Shown here: positions 13,629-24,700 of the stretch, piece by piece | How the letters are laid out: the number at the start of each line of letters is the position of its first letter | Position numbering within the stretch: the stretch's first letter is position 1 | Assembly: GCA_010093815.1 (NCBI GenBank) | Contig: ML996570.1 | Length of the DNA stretch: 64,000 bases | From: Pseudovirgaria hyperparasitica | Taxonomy: Eukaryota | Direction: 5' to 3' (one strand) | The notes under the pieces: model-generated | Told to the model about the DNA's origin: nothing | The model's database searches: none | Seen by the model: only the letters and a program-made list of their open reading frames with translations | Program-made: the position numbers and the translations under genes

Positions 13629-14638
13629 ATGCCCGACGTACGTATAAGCTACAGCGGTAGGCGACATACGACTGACAGATCCATAGGTCAAGCGAACTGT
13701 AAAGCTCGTCACCCACCAAGAAATCATGTACGCGCACCTTCATGCACGACCGCAAGGTCCCGAAGATATTAGCTAACAAACACATAAGAGATGAGGACTC
13801 AGGTCAAGAAGGTTTCCCCATGAGGAAATGGCATATCGAGATTTACCTCATAGATGAAAACGGTGCGGACGTCACGGCCAACATCTTTGAGAAAGTCATC
13901 TACAGACTTCACCCTACCTTCCCGAAGCCCAACCAGAGTCCGTACAACCTTGAGTCTTGACATTACGATTACTTATCAGCTCTTTAGCATTCAAGAAGCA
14001 TCCTTTCCGTATCGAAGAGAAGGGATGGGGTGAGTTCGATATGCAAATCGAGCTGCACTTAGCTCATAAAGGTGGCATCCATACTTTGGACCATGATCTC
14101 AATTTCCAGTCTGAGCAATACATCGCCAAGCATGACATTGTAATTACGATGTGGCCGTCTTACAATTTCCGTACTGATTCGTGGCAATAGACGATCAAGA
14201 ACCCCAAGGCTGAGCTCCTGGCTCTACTTCAAGAGTCCGGATCGACCGGCGTGAATGGCGCTCGTGGAGGCAAGCGCGACGATGCGACCAAGAAGCGCTC
14301 AAGCAGAAAGGACAAGATGGTGAGAACCAAGTAATATATGGGCATCAGCAAGTGCTGATATATGATGCTCTAGGTCGACATGGAGAAGCTTGCCGATGGC
14401 CTTCAACGTCTCGGTGAGGAAGATTTACTCCAGGTCGTGCAAATGATCCACGACAACAAGACGTCGGACACCTACACCAAGAATGACGTCGACAGTAAGT
14501 TCCTTGCATCTAACCGGATCAAAAACCTATAGGCTGACATTGATGGCAGAGGGTGAATTCCACGTCGATCTCTACACCCTCCCCGACCCTCTCGTAAAGA
14601 GCCTGTGGGACTTCACACAAGCCAAGACTGATCTGTGA
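13629..14638 (+). CDS. TAF14: YEATS + ET domain protein (TFIID/TFIIF/SWI-SNF/INO80 subunit)
   Basis: MPD|VKRTVKLVT, YRLHPTFPKP, PFRIEEKGWGEF and C-terminal VDMEKLADGL...GEFHVDLYTLPD. Seven exons, the first with 9 coding nt. Confidence 0.93.
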
Positions 14639-15755
14639 GCGTGTCTAGCCTCACTCACGATCTCACGAAAACAGGCAATCTCCTTTCTCTTGGGATGTAA
14701 TATACTGATGATATGACGAAGGATCTACGTGATCGAAGCGATTGGAGAGTGCGTTCGCCGGCACGAGTGCAAAGACGGCTTATCTTGATATGCATGAGTT
14801 AGGGCTCGAGACTTGGTGCGTGATATCGACTCAGCGCTGCGATCGGCGTGTGGCCGCTTATAGGCAGCGCGACGAAACATTACCGCCACGCTGTGGGTAT
14901 GTCCCTAGTCTTCTAGGCATCAGACAGCGCAGGAGTTTGGCGGATAAATTGATCATTTGTTCACACATATCCGTCGTGCACCTTGGAATATGTGCTTTGC
15001 TACACGTTGCTCCCCATGCGTATCTCCCTTGACTTTTTGGCATTCTCTCCGCTGGCTTTCTCTGACTGAAACTGAAAGTGAAACTGAAACAAGAAACTCC
15101 CATATCGCATACGCCTGTCTCCCGTGCCACCGTCCGCCTCAACACGTTTTATTCACCCTGATAACCCCAGAATCCTCTCTCCCTTGCTCACTTCTCCTTC
15201 TTTCAGCGAGCAATAAACTTGCCAAACCCACTAGCATAAACAACGCGCTCAACAGCAACAGCAAGAGCATCTTTACCTCGGGTCAGACCATTCCTCACGA
15301 GGCCGGACCTAAATAACAACAATATCTCCGTCCCGTGTTCTTCCTCATCCTTTTGTGTCTTTTGTTGGTGACATGAATAGTTTATTTGCGACGATACGAT
15401 ATGTACTTCCAGGTTGCAATACCCGGGAGCGAGCCAGGATTGCTTTTGAATAGAAATAAATAGCGTTTTCGAGACTCTTCAAGAGCTATTGTTATTATGT
15501 TTGAATTTTTATATTGTAGATAGATACTCCATTTTCCTGTATCATATTATATCGATAACATACACACAAGCCGATGAGAAGAAGAAAGAAACAAACTTGA
15601 ACGAAAAGCAGGGATTAGGCATACGCGCGGGCTATCTGCACATTGCCTTTTGATGTCCCTAATCTTCCTCCCGCATTGACTGACCCCTTTCAACGCCCCC
15701 AATCATGTTCATTGCAGTGCCCCATTCCCACGACTTATGTGGCGCAACTCACTGC

Positions 15756-18700
15756 TCAGGCACCAAGAGCCGCCTCGGCCCCTCTAGCCCTCTCTACCGT
15801 CTCCGCCACAGTCCTGCTCACAGGCCCCGGTTTCCTCTCTCCGAAATTATGCAACCTTTCACCAATCAGGTAGACCTCGTCGCGAATCAAACCGCGCCAC
15901 CGCGTCGTCGCACTGAGCAGTTCTCTGGTCATCCAAACGTTCAGCACAAGCGCCAGTACGGCCGGGAACGAGAAGCGGAAGATAAGGCTCTTGACGCTCT
16001 CGCTTTCGCCCGCGAAGATGCTGATACTCAGAAGTGTGGCTAGCACTGAGGGCAGGACGAAGGCCGTGGCGAAGGCCAGGAAGAGTGGGAGGACAAAGCA
16101 GCGGGTTGCCAGACGTGCGTTCGGGTGCGCGAAGCCGTCGCGCATGACGGCCTGCATGACACGGCCGGAACGCGATGTAGTATCTGCAAAGAAGAATCGG
16201 TATATGATGCGGCCGAAAAGGTACCCAAGCGTCCAGTCTTGAATGAGGAAGACGACGTGGGTTTCGTCGGGTCCAACATATGTGTGGATAGGAATGAGTA
16301 TGTAAACCTGCATGAGGAGGGCGAGAGCGATGGGGAGTACCACAACTAACATGCTGTAGACGTAGATGAAGCCGAGAACTTGGATACTGTGATCGCGGAG
16401 CGCGAGCACGGTCTTGGTAAATGATTCCTGCAGAGTCACGGCTGTACGAGTTTTTAGCCATTGGTATGCGGATCGGATGTGTGTGGCGGCGTAGAGGAAG
16501 CCGCCGAGTGTATATGCGCCGAATGAAAACGCATATATGTCGTTCATTTCAATATCGCTGGGTATCACAAGAGAAAAGAATTTGCGACCGAAGAGCAGCG
16601 GAACGATCGTGACGCCGACGCCTGTGGTAGCTGCAAAAAGCCATAATGAGGCGATGAAAAGAAAAATTCGAAGTTTGAACCAAGGAGGGATGTACACCAC
16701 GGTCACCATGTCTGGTTGGCGACCATGAACGGTCTTATCTTCTTCCTTGCCGTCGAGGCGCTGGTTGTTTTCGTCAACCTCCACGAAGACACTCTCGCCC
16801 CTAGGAATGCGTACTTGATCTGATGCCGGTGCGCGGACGAATCTCCCATCAACCAGTTTTCGGGGCACACTTGCCGAGTCCTCATTGTACATATCGGAGC
16901 CGGACCAGAAGTTCCAAGTACGCTTGAGACTTGGGTGCTGTTCATTCTTAGGACTACCACCGAACAAAAAGTCTGAGAGTCGCAGCAATCTAGCGCAGGT
17001 TTTAAACCACCACTGATAGACCGAGTGTAGAATTTCCGATGGTCTCAGAATCCTGATGACGACCGGTGTAAGGAAGTTATAGAAGAGAAGGTCCAGGGGG
17101 AATTCCAGTGCAGGCTGGTTCGTAGCCCATCGAATCGGAAGCACATGACTGAAATTATGATCCAATGTCCATATTACTCCGCCTAGACAAAAAACGATGA
17201 GGACTCCGTAGACGATGGCGCTGAATGTGATTTTTCGTAGTTGCGTAGTGACACTGCGCTCTAATACATCTCGCACTGGGTGGAAGGTCGGGTCGTCAGG
17301 GTCGCGGATGAAGTAGAGGACACCTTTCCGCATAATTTTCCGGCACATCGATACGAACAAGGCGAAATGAAACATGTAGCATGTACCGACAAACCAATGC
17401 ACAAATCCTGCTGTCCAAGGGCTGCTCCGAGCATAGCTGTATCTGGAATGTAGACTGGTTCCTGTGAATAGCGGTAATAGTGCAACATCTAAGAGGATAC
17501 CACAGTAAAGGGGAAAAGCAATCATTTCAATACTGATTATCAGTATGACCTTGAAGATTCCTCCAGCTTGCTGCAAAATATCCGTGATAACAGCTTCGAT
17601 CTTGCGGCCTTCGCGACCTGAACTGATGGGTGTGCCTCTTCTGAGATATGTAGCGCCAACCAAAGCTAGGAAAACATACCCAATTAGAATAGCAGTCACT
17701 CGGTCCCATGCCCCCCAATACAGGAGAGATGGATCTTCGAATGCTGGGGATTTGGATATGTCAAGCGACATGGTTAGGCTCCTGTTTTGCCACGCCGCAA
17801 TACCAGTCTGCTTTGTAGCGACGAATAGAGACTTCGCCAAGTCGTGTACGTGAGACTCAACGGACGCTAGGGTCTGTCGGATGTAGGCAATTCTGGTATC
17901 GCTGGACATGGCTGTAAAAAAATCGCTAATCTCTGCATTGATGGCAATCATTATGGTTGAGAAGGCCTCCTCGATGTTCCGGAGAATTACGTGTGCCCTC
18001 AATGATAGCCATAGTGGGTCGATCTCGAAGAGTTGGCTCGAAGTGTTGGTGCTGGCATAGGTCGGTAAGATGATTCCCAAGACGCGGTCAATTGACGATC
18101 CGGCCGTTCGCCAGGTTGAGTCCTTGGACGTTTCAAGAAATCGTTTGAAATGTGCAGCGGGTGAAAGGGTCTCCAAAGGCTTGAGTACAATGCGCAAAAG
18201 AGTTGTGGCAGCGTAGCCAACTGATCCCACCACCACAAGGCTTATATCAATAATGACATCCGCGAAACCGGACATGAAACGTAATGGGATCTTGAAGAAT
18301 ACCGAGAAGGGACTGCCGACGAATAGTAAGACGGTTTTTCCCAGCAGAAATGGTACAAACACAGCCAGCGTTAACGTTAGAGCGATCAGAAGAACGCTAA
18401 AGGCTGCATTCTGGACGAGTCCCATAATAGGACCTTGCTGTCCAATGAGTTCCATAATCCCTTCCATATCTTCTGCGTCTTCAACAGCGTCTTGGTTATT
18501 ATTATTTAGACCGTCCGCTCTGCCAACTTCGGGATTTCGAACTGCGGCTCCGGCCACACCCAATTGAGGTCTAAAATCTTCATCATCGACCTCACTATCG
18601 TCATCGTCATCATCATCATCATCGTCGTCGTCTTCAGCCTCGTTGGCTATCCGATTATTGTCAATAGCAACAAAGGGTGCTTCGTCTGCAAGATCACGGA

Positions 18701-20933
18701 CAATGTGTTCATCGCTTGGTTCTGTATCGTGCACTATGGGGTCTGCTGGGGCGACGTCACCCCAGAACCAATCGCAGATCAGATCGATCAATGGACGTGA
18801 TGGCTCCTCGACTGCAATGTCTGTCCCAGGTTGGGGGTGATCCGGAGTTGGCTGCCCCTGGCCAAAAGAGGGCAGGTCATTGGGTGTGAACAACAACTCT
18901 GCGTCCTCGGCAGCATCCATTTGCATACTTGATTTAGCTTCCGATAATGGAATGGTATCAAATTGCTCCAATGGGTTGTTGGAGCTGCTGGAGCTGTTTG
19001 AAACTAGTGGATCTATAGCCTCAGAGGCTCTGCGTTTTCCCTTTTTATCAAGCTCCTGTTGCGGGTTTGTTTCCGAAATAACTGCAGAGCTGTTATCGCT
19101 GTCTTCAACTGTATCGTATATAGACGGACTGTCTGTTATTTGGCTCCCAAGAGTACTCCTAGAACGAGAATTTGAATTTTCCTCGGCAGAATGGACATAG
19201 ATGCCCTCGCCGACATATTCGTTTTGGTCGTCTTCGTTCCTTCCAAGATCATGCCAGCTTTCAGTACTCCCAGAATTCGAGTCAGGAAACTCGGATGAAG
19301 TCTCTTCGATTAAGCGGTGAATCTCGGTCGCGATCGAGTAACGATCTCGACTTGGCATACTCGGTCTTTGACGTAATGTTTCCGCACTATTTGCGGTATG
19401 AGCGCTGTTTGGTGAAACTACAGGTGGCTCGGGGAGTGCTTCAATTTTTGCAATTTGCGATGGAGGCGCTGAAGCTTGACATGAACTTTCCCCATTCTTG
19501 GCTAGACTACCTGTATCTGCCTTCTTGTATGCACCGATGTTTTTGTCGAATATGAGCCTTAGCTCTTGCCGCATTGACGCAATGGTCTGCCCATGAGTAT
19601 TAATCTCTTCTGGAGTTAGGTTTCGTAGAAGATAATTCATGGCAGCCCGGTCCTCGCGGAGTATTGCTTCTGACCAAGCGTTCTGCATATGAGGCGGAAA
19701 ATGAACTGCTGAATCCATCGCCCGAACCACGTGCGGAGGCATTCTATCTCTATGCGCTGACTTATTATGAGCGTATTCCTCATCGATGTCCACTTCATCA
19801 TCAGGAAGGCCGTCAGTGTCGCTAGGCCGGATGTCACTATCAGTGGGTATATCATCATCGGATACAGCACCCTGGTTGTCCACGCCCTCATTGGCATTCA
19901 ACTCGTCTCGGGCTCGTTCTGGAGGGGGCTCATTGGGTTCTTCAACATTTGCTGCCGCATCAGCTTGGCCTCTATCTAGACGGTCGGCTCCGAATGCTGC
20001 CATGTTGATCATGGGTTGTTGCTGTACGACCCACTCGCGTATAAGGAAGATCAGGATGAAAGCGGCTACCACCATCAAGGTGATTATTTGACCCTCTAGA
20101 ATATCCAATAGGATCCGATTCAGGTTGTCCGAAGCAGAGAGAAGTTTGAACCAAGTAACATCGGACAAGAGACTAGTGCTTTGATCCAGGGCAGCCTCAA
20201 GACCAGGGTTGAACGTGCCGCTGGAATTACTGCCTGTGTCGACCGGAAGACGCATACCGAAGATAAGCTTCTTCACGGCCATAAGCATCGAGGGTTCTTG
20301 TGGATCAGCCAATGATGTGCCGGTCAAGTTCGAAATGCCTGATGATATGGCTTGGTGAACCAGTGTTCGACTAACGCCATCCGGACCAGCGGTGACTGTA
20401 ATGTTAAAGTTGTGGTCTCGCGGTCTTCTCAGATACGCTTCTCTTGCCCATCCTGCATCTCCGATCCAGAATATCCAGCGCCACGTTATCCTAATAAACA
20501 TGGGGAGACAAACGAGCCATACGAATGCCACCAACACAGCGCGGCACCAGGCGACGACATAGCTCAGCAGGTGAACTATTGCACGGCGACAGAATACGGC
20601 TGTCGGAAGCTGACTGGGCATTTGTGGGTGATATAGTTTCGTGAATCGGAAAGGTGTCTTGCACAGCTCACAGTACTTCTTCTGAGAATGTGACAGCCAC
20701 TCCATCAGGCACTCTTGATGGACGAACTTGATGCTTCCACTGCATTTGCAAGGATAAAACAGTGGCTCGTCCGAAGTCCCTTCACCTCTACATATCCGGC
20801 AAGTATCAACCTCATCATGGCGTTGGTCTTGCAATTGTGTGTTTGTATCGAATGCGGGGTCGTTCATGACATCTGGAGATGAGGGTGCGAGTGGTCCTCG
20901 ATGGGTTGCATTGGCGGCAGCTGTGACATCCAT
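15756..20933 (-). CDS. DOA10: ERAD RING-CH (RINGv) multi-pass E3 ubiquitin ligase, Doa10/Ssm4/MARCHF6
   Basis: CRICRGEG...LFYPCKCSGSIKFVHQECLMEWL...CELC, TD-domain motif LYFIRDPDDPTFHP, many TM segments and C-terminal DEVYLIGERLHN. Single long ORF, ATG at 20933. Confidence 0.95.
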   Translation of the reverse strand: MDVTAAANATHRGPLAPSSPDVMNDPAFDTNTQLQDQRHDEVDTCRICRGEGTSDEPLFYPCKCSGSIKFVHQECLMEWLSHSQKKYCELCKTPFRFTKLYHPQMPSQLPTAVFCRRAIVHLLSYVVAWCRAVLVAFVWLVCLPMFIRITWRWIFWIGDAGWAREAYLRRPRDHNFNITVTAGPDGVSRTLVHQAISSGISNLTGTSLADPQEPSMLMAVKKLIFGMRLPVDTGSNSSGTFNPGLEAALDQSTSLLSDVTWFKLLSASDNLNRILLDILEGQIITLMVVAAFILIFLIREWVVQQQPMINMAAFGADRLDRGQADAAANVEEPNEPPPERARDELNANEGVDNQGAVSDDDIPTDSDIRPSDTDGLPDDEVDIDEEYAHNKSAHRDRMPPHVVRAMDSAVHFPPHMQNAWSEAILREDRAAMNYLLRNLTPEEINTHGQTIASMRQELRLIFDKNIGAYKKADTGSLAKNGESSCQASAPPSQIAKIEALPEPPVVSPNSAHTANSAETLRQRPSMPSRDRYSIATEIHRLIEETSSEFPDSNSGSTESWHDLGRNEDDQNEYVGEGIYVHSAEENSNSRSRSTLGSQITDSPSIYDTVEDSDNSSAVISETNPQQELDKKGKRRASEAIDPLVSNSSSSSNNPLEQFDTIPLSEAKSSMQMDAAEDAELLFTPNDLPSFGQGQPTPDHPQPGTDIAVEEPSRPLIDLICDWFWGDVAPADPIVHDTEPSDEHIVRDLADEAPFVAIDNNRIANEAEDDDDDDDDDDDDSEVDDEDFRPQLGVAGAAVRNPEVGRADGLNNNNQDAVEDAEDMEGIMELIGQQGPIMGLVQNAAFSVLLIALTLTLAVFVPFLLGKTVLLFVGSPFSVFFKIPLRFMSGFADVIIDISLVVVGSVGYAATTLLRIVLKPLETLSPAAHFKRFLETSKDSTWRTAGSSIDRVLGIILPTYASTNTSSQLFEIDPLWLSLRAHVILRNIEEAFSTIMIAINAEISDFFTAMSSDTRIAYIRQTLASVESHVHDLAKSLFVATKQTGIAAWQNRSLTMSLDISKSPAFEDPSLLYWGAWDRVTAILIGYVFLALVGATYLRRGTPISSGREGRKIEAVITDILQQAGGIFKVILIISIEMIAFPLYCGILLDVALLPLFTGTSLHSRYSYARSSPWTAGFVHWFVGTCYMFHFALFVSMCRKIMRKGVLYFIRDPDDPTFHPVRDVLERSVTTQLRKITFSAIVYGVLIVFCLGGVIWTLDHNFSHVLPIRWATNQPALEFPLDLLFYNFLTPVVIRILRPSEILHSVYQWWFKTCARLLRLSDFLFGGSPKNEQHPSLKRTWNFWSGSDMYNEDSASVPRKLVDGRFVRAPASDQVRIPRGESVFVEVDENNQRLDGKEEDKTVHGRQPDMVTVVYIPPWFKLRIFLFIASLWLFAATTGVGVTIVPLLFGRKFFSLVIPSDIEMNDIYAFSFGAYTLGGFLYAATHIRSAYQWLKTRTAVTLQESFTKTVLALRDHSIQVLGFIYVYSMLVVVLPIALALLMQVYILIPIHTYVGPDETHVVFLIQDWTLGYLFGRIIYRFFFADTTSRSGRVMQAVMRDGFAHPNARLATRCFVLPLFLAFATAFVLPSVLATLLSISIFAGESESVKSLIFRFSFPAVLALVLNVWMTRELLSATTRWRGLIRDEVYLIGERLHNFGERKPGPVSRTVAETVERARGAEAALGA

Positions 20934-21794
20934 GATTGTTATAGGTGCACAGCTCGAGTTCGTTCGTATGTACCCGAGCGCATTCACCGCTTCAAATTGC
21001 GCAAGATAGCATGAGGCAGGGGGAGGTCTACAGTCGATAGATTGGCAACAGTGAATAGTTTGAAGAACGGCGAGATAGCATAGAGACGCAAGAGCAGCGT
21101 GGAGGTTCGAAGTAAATGTGGAGGGAAGGACTGGAAGGGAGAAGGAATAGTTAAAGTGTAGAATACACAGTTCAAAGGCACGATGCCAACAACAAAAAAG
21201 TGATTGTATTGTATGAACAGGAAGCTTGTGTTGGACTCCTGGAGAGAGACGTCTGCCCAGGATGATGCAAGTGGCCGCTATTCCAAGTTCGCGACACGTG
21301 AGCCGTGATCAGATGTACACACATCCTACCCCAAGGGCTGTCGAGGTAGGTATAGACAGACACTACTTATGATGAGAATAACTACGGAGTACCTCTACAA
21401 GATATCTTGACTCGGATTGCCTACAGTGAGGTAGTTTACTAGTATAGTCATGTTGTACGGTGCCTACTCAAGTAACTCTTTGGTCGCGACTGTCCGTGTG
21501 TAGCTGATGGCCAAGACGGGTATGACGAAACCAGGCGGTACCCTAGCTCCACTCCACTGAGTATGAAAGCAATCACTGAAACTCCTGTTATCTCAAGCCA
21601 CACACGAGAACCGTCCTCTTTCATTCCACCTCAGAATTACTTCCTGTGATTGAGAAGGATTGCTCGTCCGCTCTCTGAAGATCCCCTCTGCCTTCGGATA
21701 TCTTTGCCAATTCCCACAAAAACGAGAGACGCACTTGAGCTACTAGCAACACTCTTATCCCGAATTGGCAGCGTTCCTCGCTGCCTCCTTCATC

Positions 21795-24700
21795 ATGGCC
21801 ACTAACGGCTATTTGAAGAATTCTCAAGCAAATGGCAATGGGGATGTCAGGATGAACGGTCACTATGGGAAAATAGAGGAGGTCAGAAATACTAAGCATA
21901 CGCGTCGGCACAAGCGGACGCTCAAAGCCTCCATCGTCAGCATATTTGCGAGGTAATGTTGGAACTGAAAACAGTAGACTTGTGGGTGCTGATGAGATGT
22001 CAGGTTACTATTGTGGTACACCATCATCACCACTGCTTTCCGATGTCCTGTTTCTTTGGTGAAGCTCACGGACACTTCTCCTCAAATCTGCAAACCTTAC
22101 ATCCAGCTACGATCATACCTTACGCCCTACGTGGAGCCATACTATGATACTTATCTCGCACACCATGTCGATACAGCGCGCCCCTATGTCGATACATTCA
22201 ACCAAAAGCTTTACACCCCAGCTGCTATCTTCACCCAACATAATTACCACATATACGGCGCGCCTCGCGTCCAGCAACTCCAATCATACACACAGAGAGA
22301 ATGGGATAGGACTGTCAAACCTCAACTTGATGTCGCGAGATCCAAGGCAATCGATCAGTATAACGCGTATCTTCAACCTCATGTTGGCACATTGACAGAT
22401 TCTGTCAGGCCGTATTATGACGACATTAGAGATATTGCCATAGAGCAATACTACTCGACTCTCCTTCCAAGCTACAATCTTGTGCTGCCCTACGTACAGC
22501 AGGGATATGCCTTTGGTCATCTTTACACTACCAATATCATAATCCCTTATGTACGTTGGTCTGAGGCCACTGTCCGAGGATTTCTGACACGTATCATCTG
22601 GCCTAGACTTCGTGTTCTATATGGCGACAGTGTTGAGCCACAACTAATGCGAATAAGCGAGAGACTAGGGCGGTATAAAGATGGCAAAAGCCTCGAAGCT
22701 GCAGTTGATGCCGTGGATAGGTTAGCAAACCTTGATGTTCAGCCCACATATACAGTTACTGACAGGTACAGCTCACCAACTGCCCCAGCCTCTAGCTCTG
22801 AGTCTATAGTCTCTTGGGTAGCACAATCAGTTACAGTAGCAGACGAGACTGTTGCACCTTCTTCCACCGCTAGTTCGGAAAAGGCCAGCTATGATCCTGA
22901 AGAGACCAAAGAGAAGATCGCAAATGATCTCCGTAAATGGCAAGAGAAGTTCGCTACTGCCGCGGATAAGGGCTCCGATGATCTGGAAGAACGTGTGAGC
23001 GAGATAACTGCAGCACAGATCGATCGTCAAGCGAATGGAGTTGGTCGCGCTTTGGTGATCGAGCTTGAAGAGACTTCAACTTCAGCACTCAAAGCTGTGA
23101 AATCTAGGATCATTCATATTGTTCAGGATGTCCCGCAGGATCCAACCGAAGCCCTCCTCGAGTCTGCGTTGGATGAAGCCATCGAAGCCATTCGATCTGC
23201 CGGAGCTATTGTCAAAACAAAGGCGATGAATGTTAGAAATTGGAAGCAAAAGTACGATGAGGAGACATATAGCTTAGTACATGCGGCCGCAGACTCCACT
23301 CTTGATGTCATCGATAACATCCGCGACCTTGGTCTACAGGAGATTGGTATGCGGTGGGCATGGATGGATGGTGTTACATACAAGGATTGGCAAAAATATC
23401 ACCAACTCAAAAAAACTTGGGACGAATGGCGGAACGAGGTACAAGCTAGAGCCTTCGAGCACGCAGGTCTACAAGAAGCTAAATCTCAAGGTCAAAAACA
23501 AGAGGATGATGCGATGGAGGTGGCGAGAGACGCTGCTTTTGAACTCGCACGCCTGAAGAAAGTTGCGAAGTGGAAGCTATGGGCGGAAGATTCCACCGAT
23601 GATTTTAGTGACAATAAGGTCCCCGAGCGCGTCTTCAGGGCTGCTAAGAGCATTGAAAGTAAGCTGAGCGAGGCAAGCGAAGTTATCTTAGGCACTCAAC
23701 AAGGTTCTATCGAGTCCGTGTCCTCGAAGGCCTCCGAAAGCATCGCCAATATGTCTTCTCGTCTGTCCTCCGCGGTTGTGGGCACAAATACTGATACACC
23801 CGAAAGGGTTGCGTCCGAAGCTTCCAAAGCTATCGTTGCTTCTAACGGCAGCATCAAGAGTCTCTCCTCAATAATTAGCAAAAGTGTGGAGAGTGGTGTC
23901 TCAGCAGCCATTTCGAGCGCAGAGAGTGTCGCCTCAATCGCCAGTGAGCAGGGACATGGGGCTGTTATGGGGGTGTCCTCAGTGTTAGTGCCGCTGCACG
24001 ATGCAGTCGAAAGCATGCACTCCGGTGCCAGTGATAAGGCTTCCAGCGTCGAGGCGAAGGTATTATCCGCTGTCGGTGGTACTCGAGATCCCGTCAATAG
24101 CGCTGCCTCTATGGCTAGTGAGAAAGTCACAAGTGTGGCAGCCAAAGCTTCACCCGCCATCGTTGGATCAGAAGAGCCGATCGACAGCGTTAAATCCGTG
24201 GTCGGCAATAAGGCACACAGCGTGGTCTCCAAGGCATCATCAGCCGTGGCAGGCTCTCAGGATACAGTGGAAAGTATTTCTTCGGCTGCAGCAGACGTCA
24301 TCTCTCAAGCCTCTTCGGCCGTCGTTGGGTCACAGGGAACTGCAGAGAGCATGACCTCTGTGGCCAGTGAGTATGCCCAAGGAGTAGTCTCTGCAGCTCA
24401 CAAGAAAATTGAAGATGCAACTGAGGCTATCAAAGGCCACCCCCCGCCTGCTGCCTCGCAAGCATCCTCGAGTTTAAACTCCATAAGTGCTGCAGTATCC
24501 GAAGCCATTGACAATCCGAAGAAGGTTTGGGGTGGTGCAGCGGCACAGAAAGTTAGCGCCAGGACTCCCATACTAGACGACCTTTTCGATGATGAAGATG
24601 AAAGTTATTCTGATAAGATCCATAGACTTGTCAGCGACGCCGGATATCGTGCATCTGATATCACAAAAGCCATTAACGAGGTGCTGGGTGGAGCTACCAT

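Noticed and set aside
15139..15270. 43-aa hydrophobic minus-strand ORF (MLLLLLLSALFMLVGLASLLLAERRR...)
   Set aside because: It looks signal- or TM-like but arises from CAA/CAG-rich low-complexity sequence, with no independent support.
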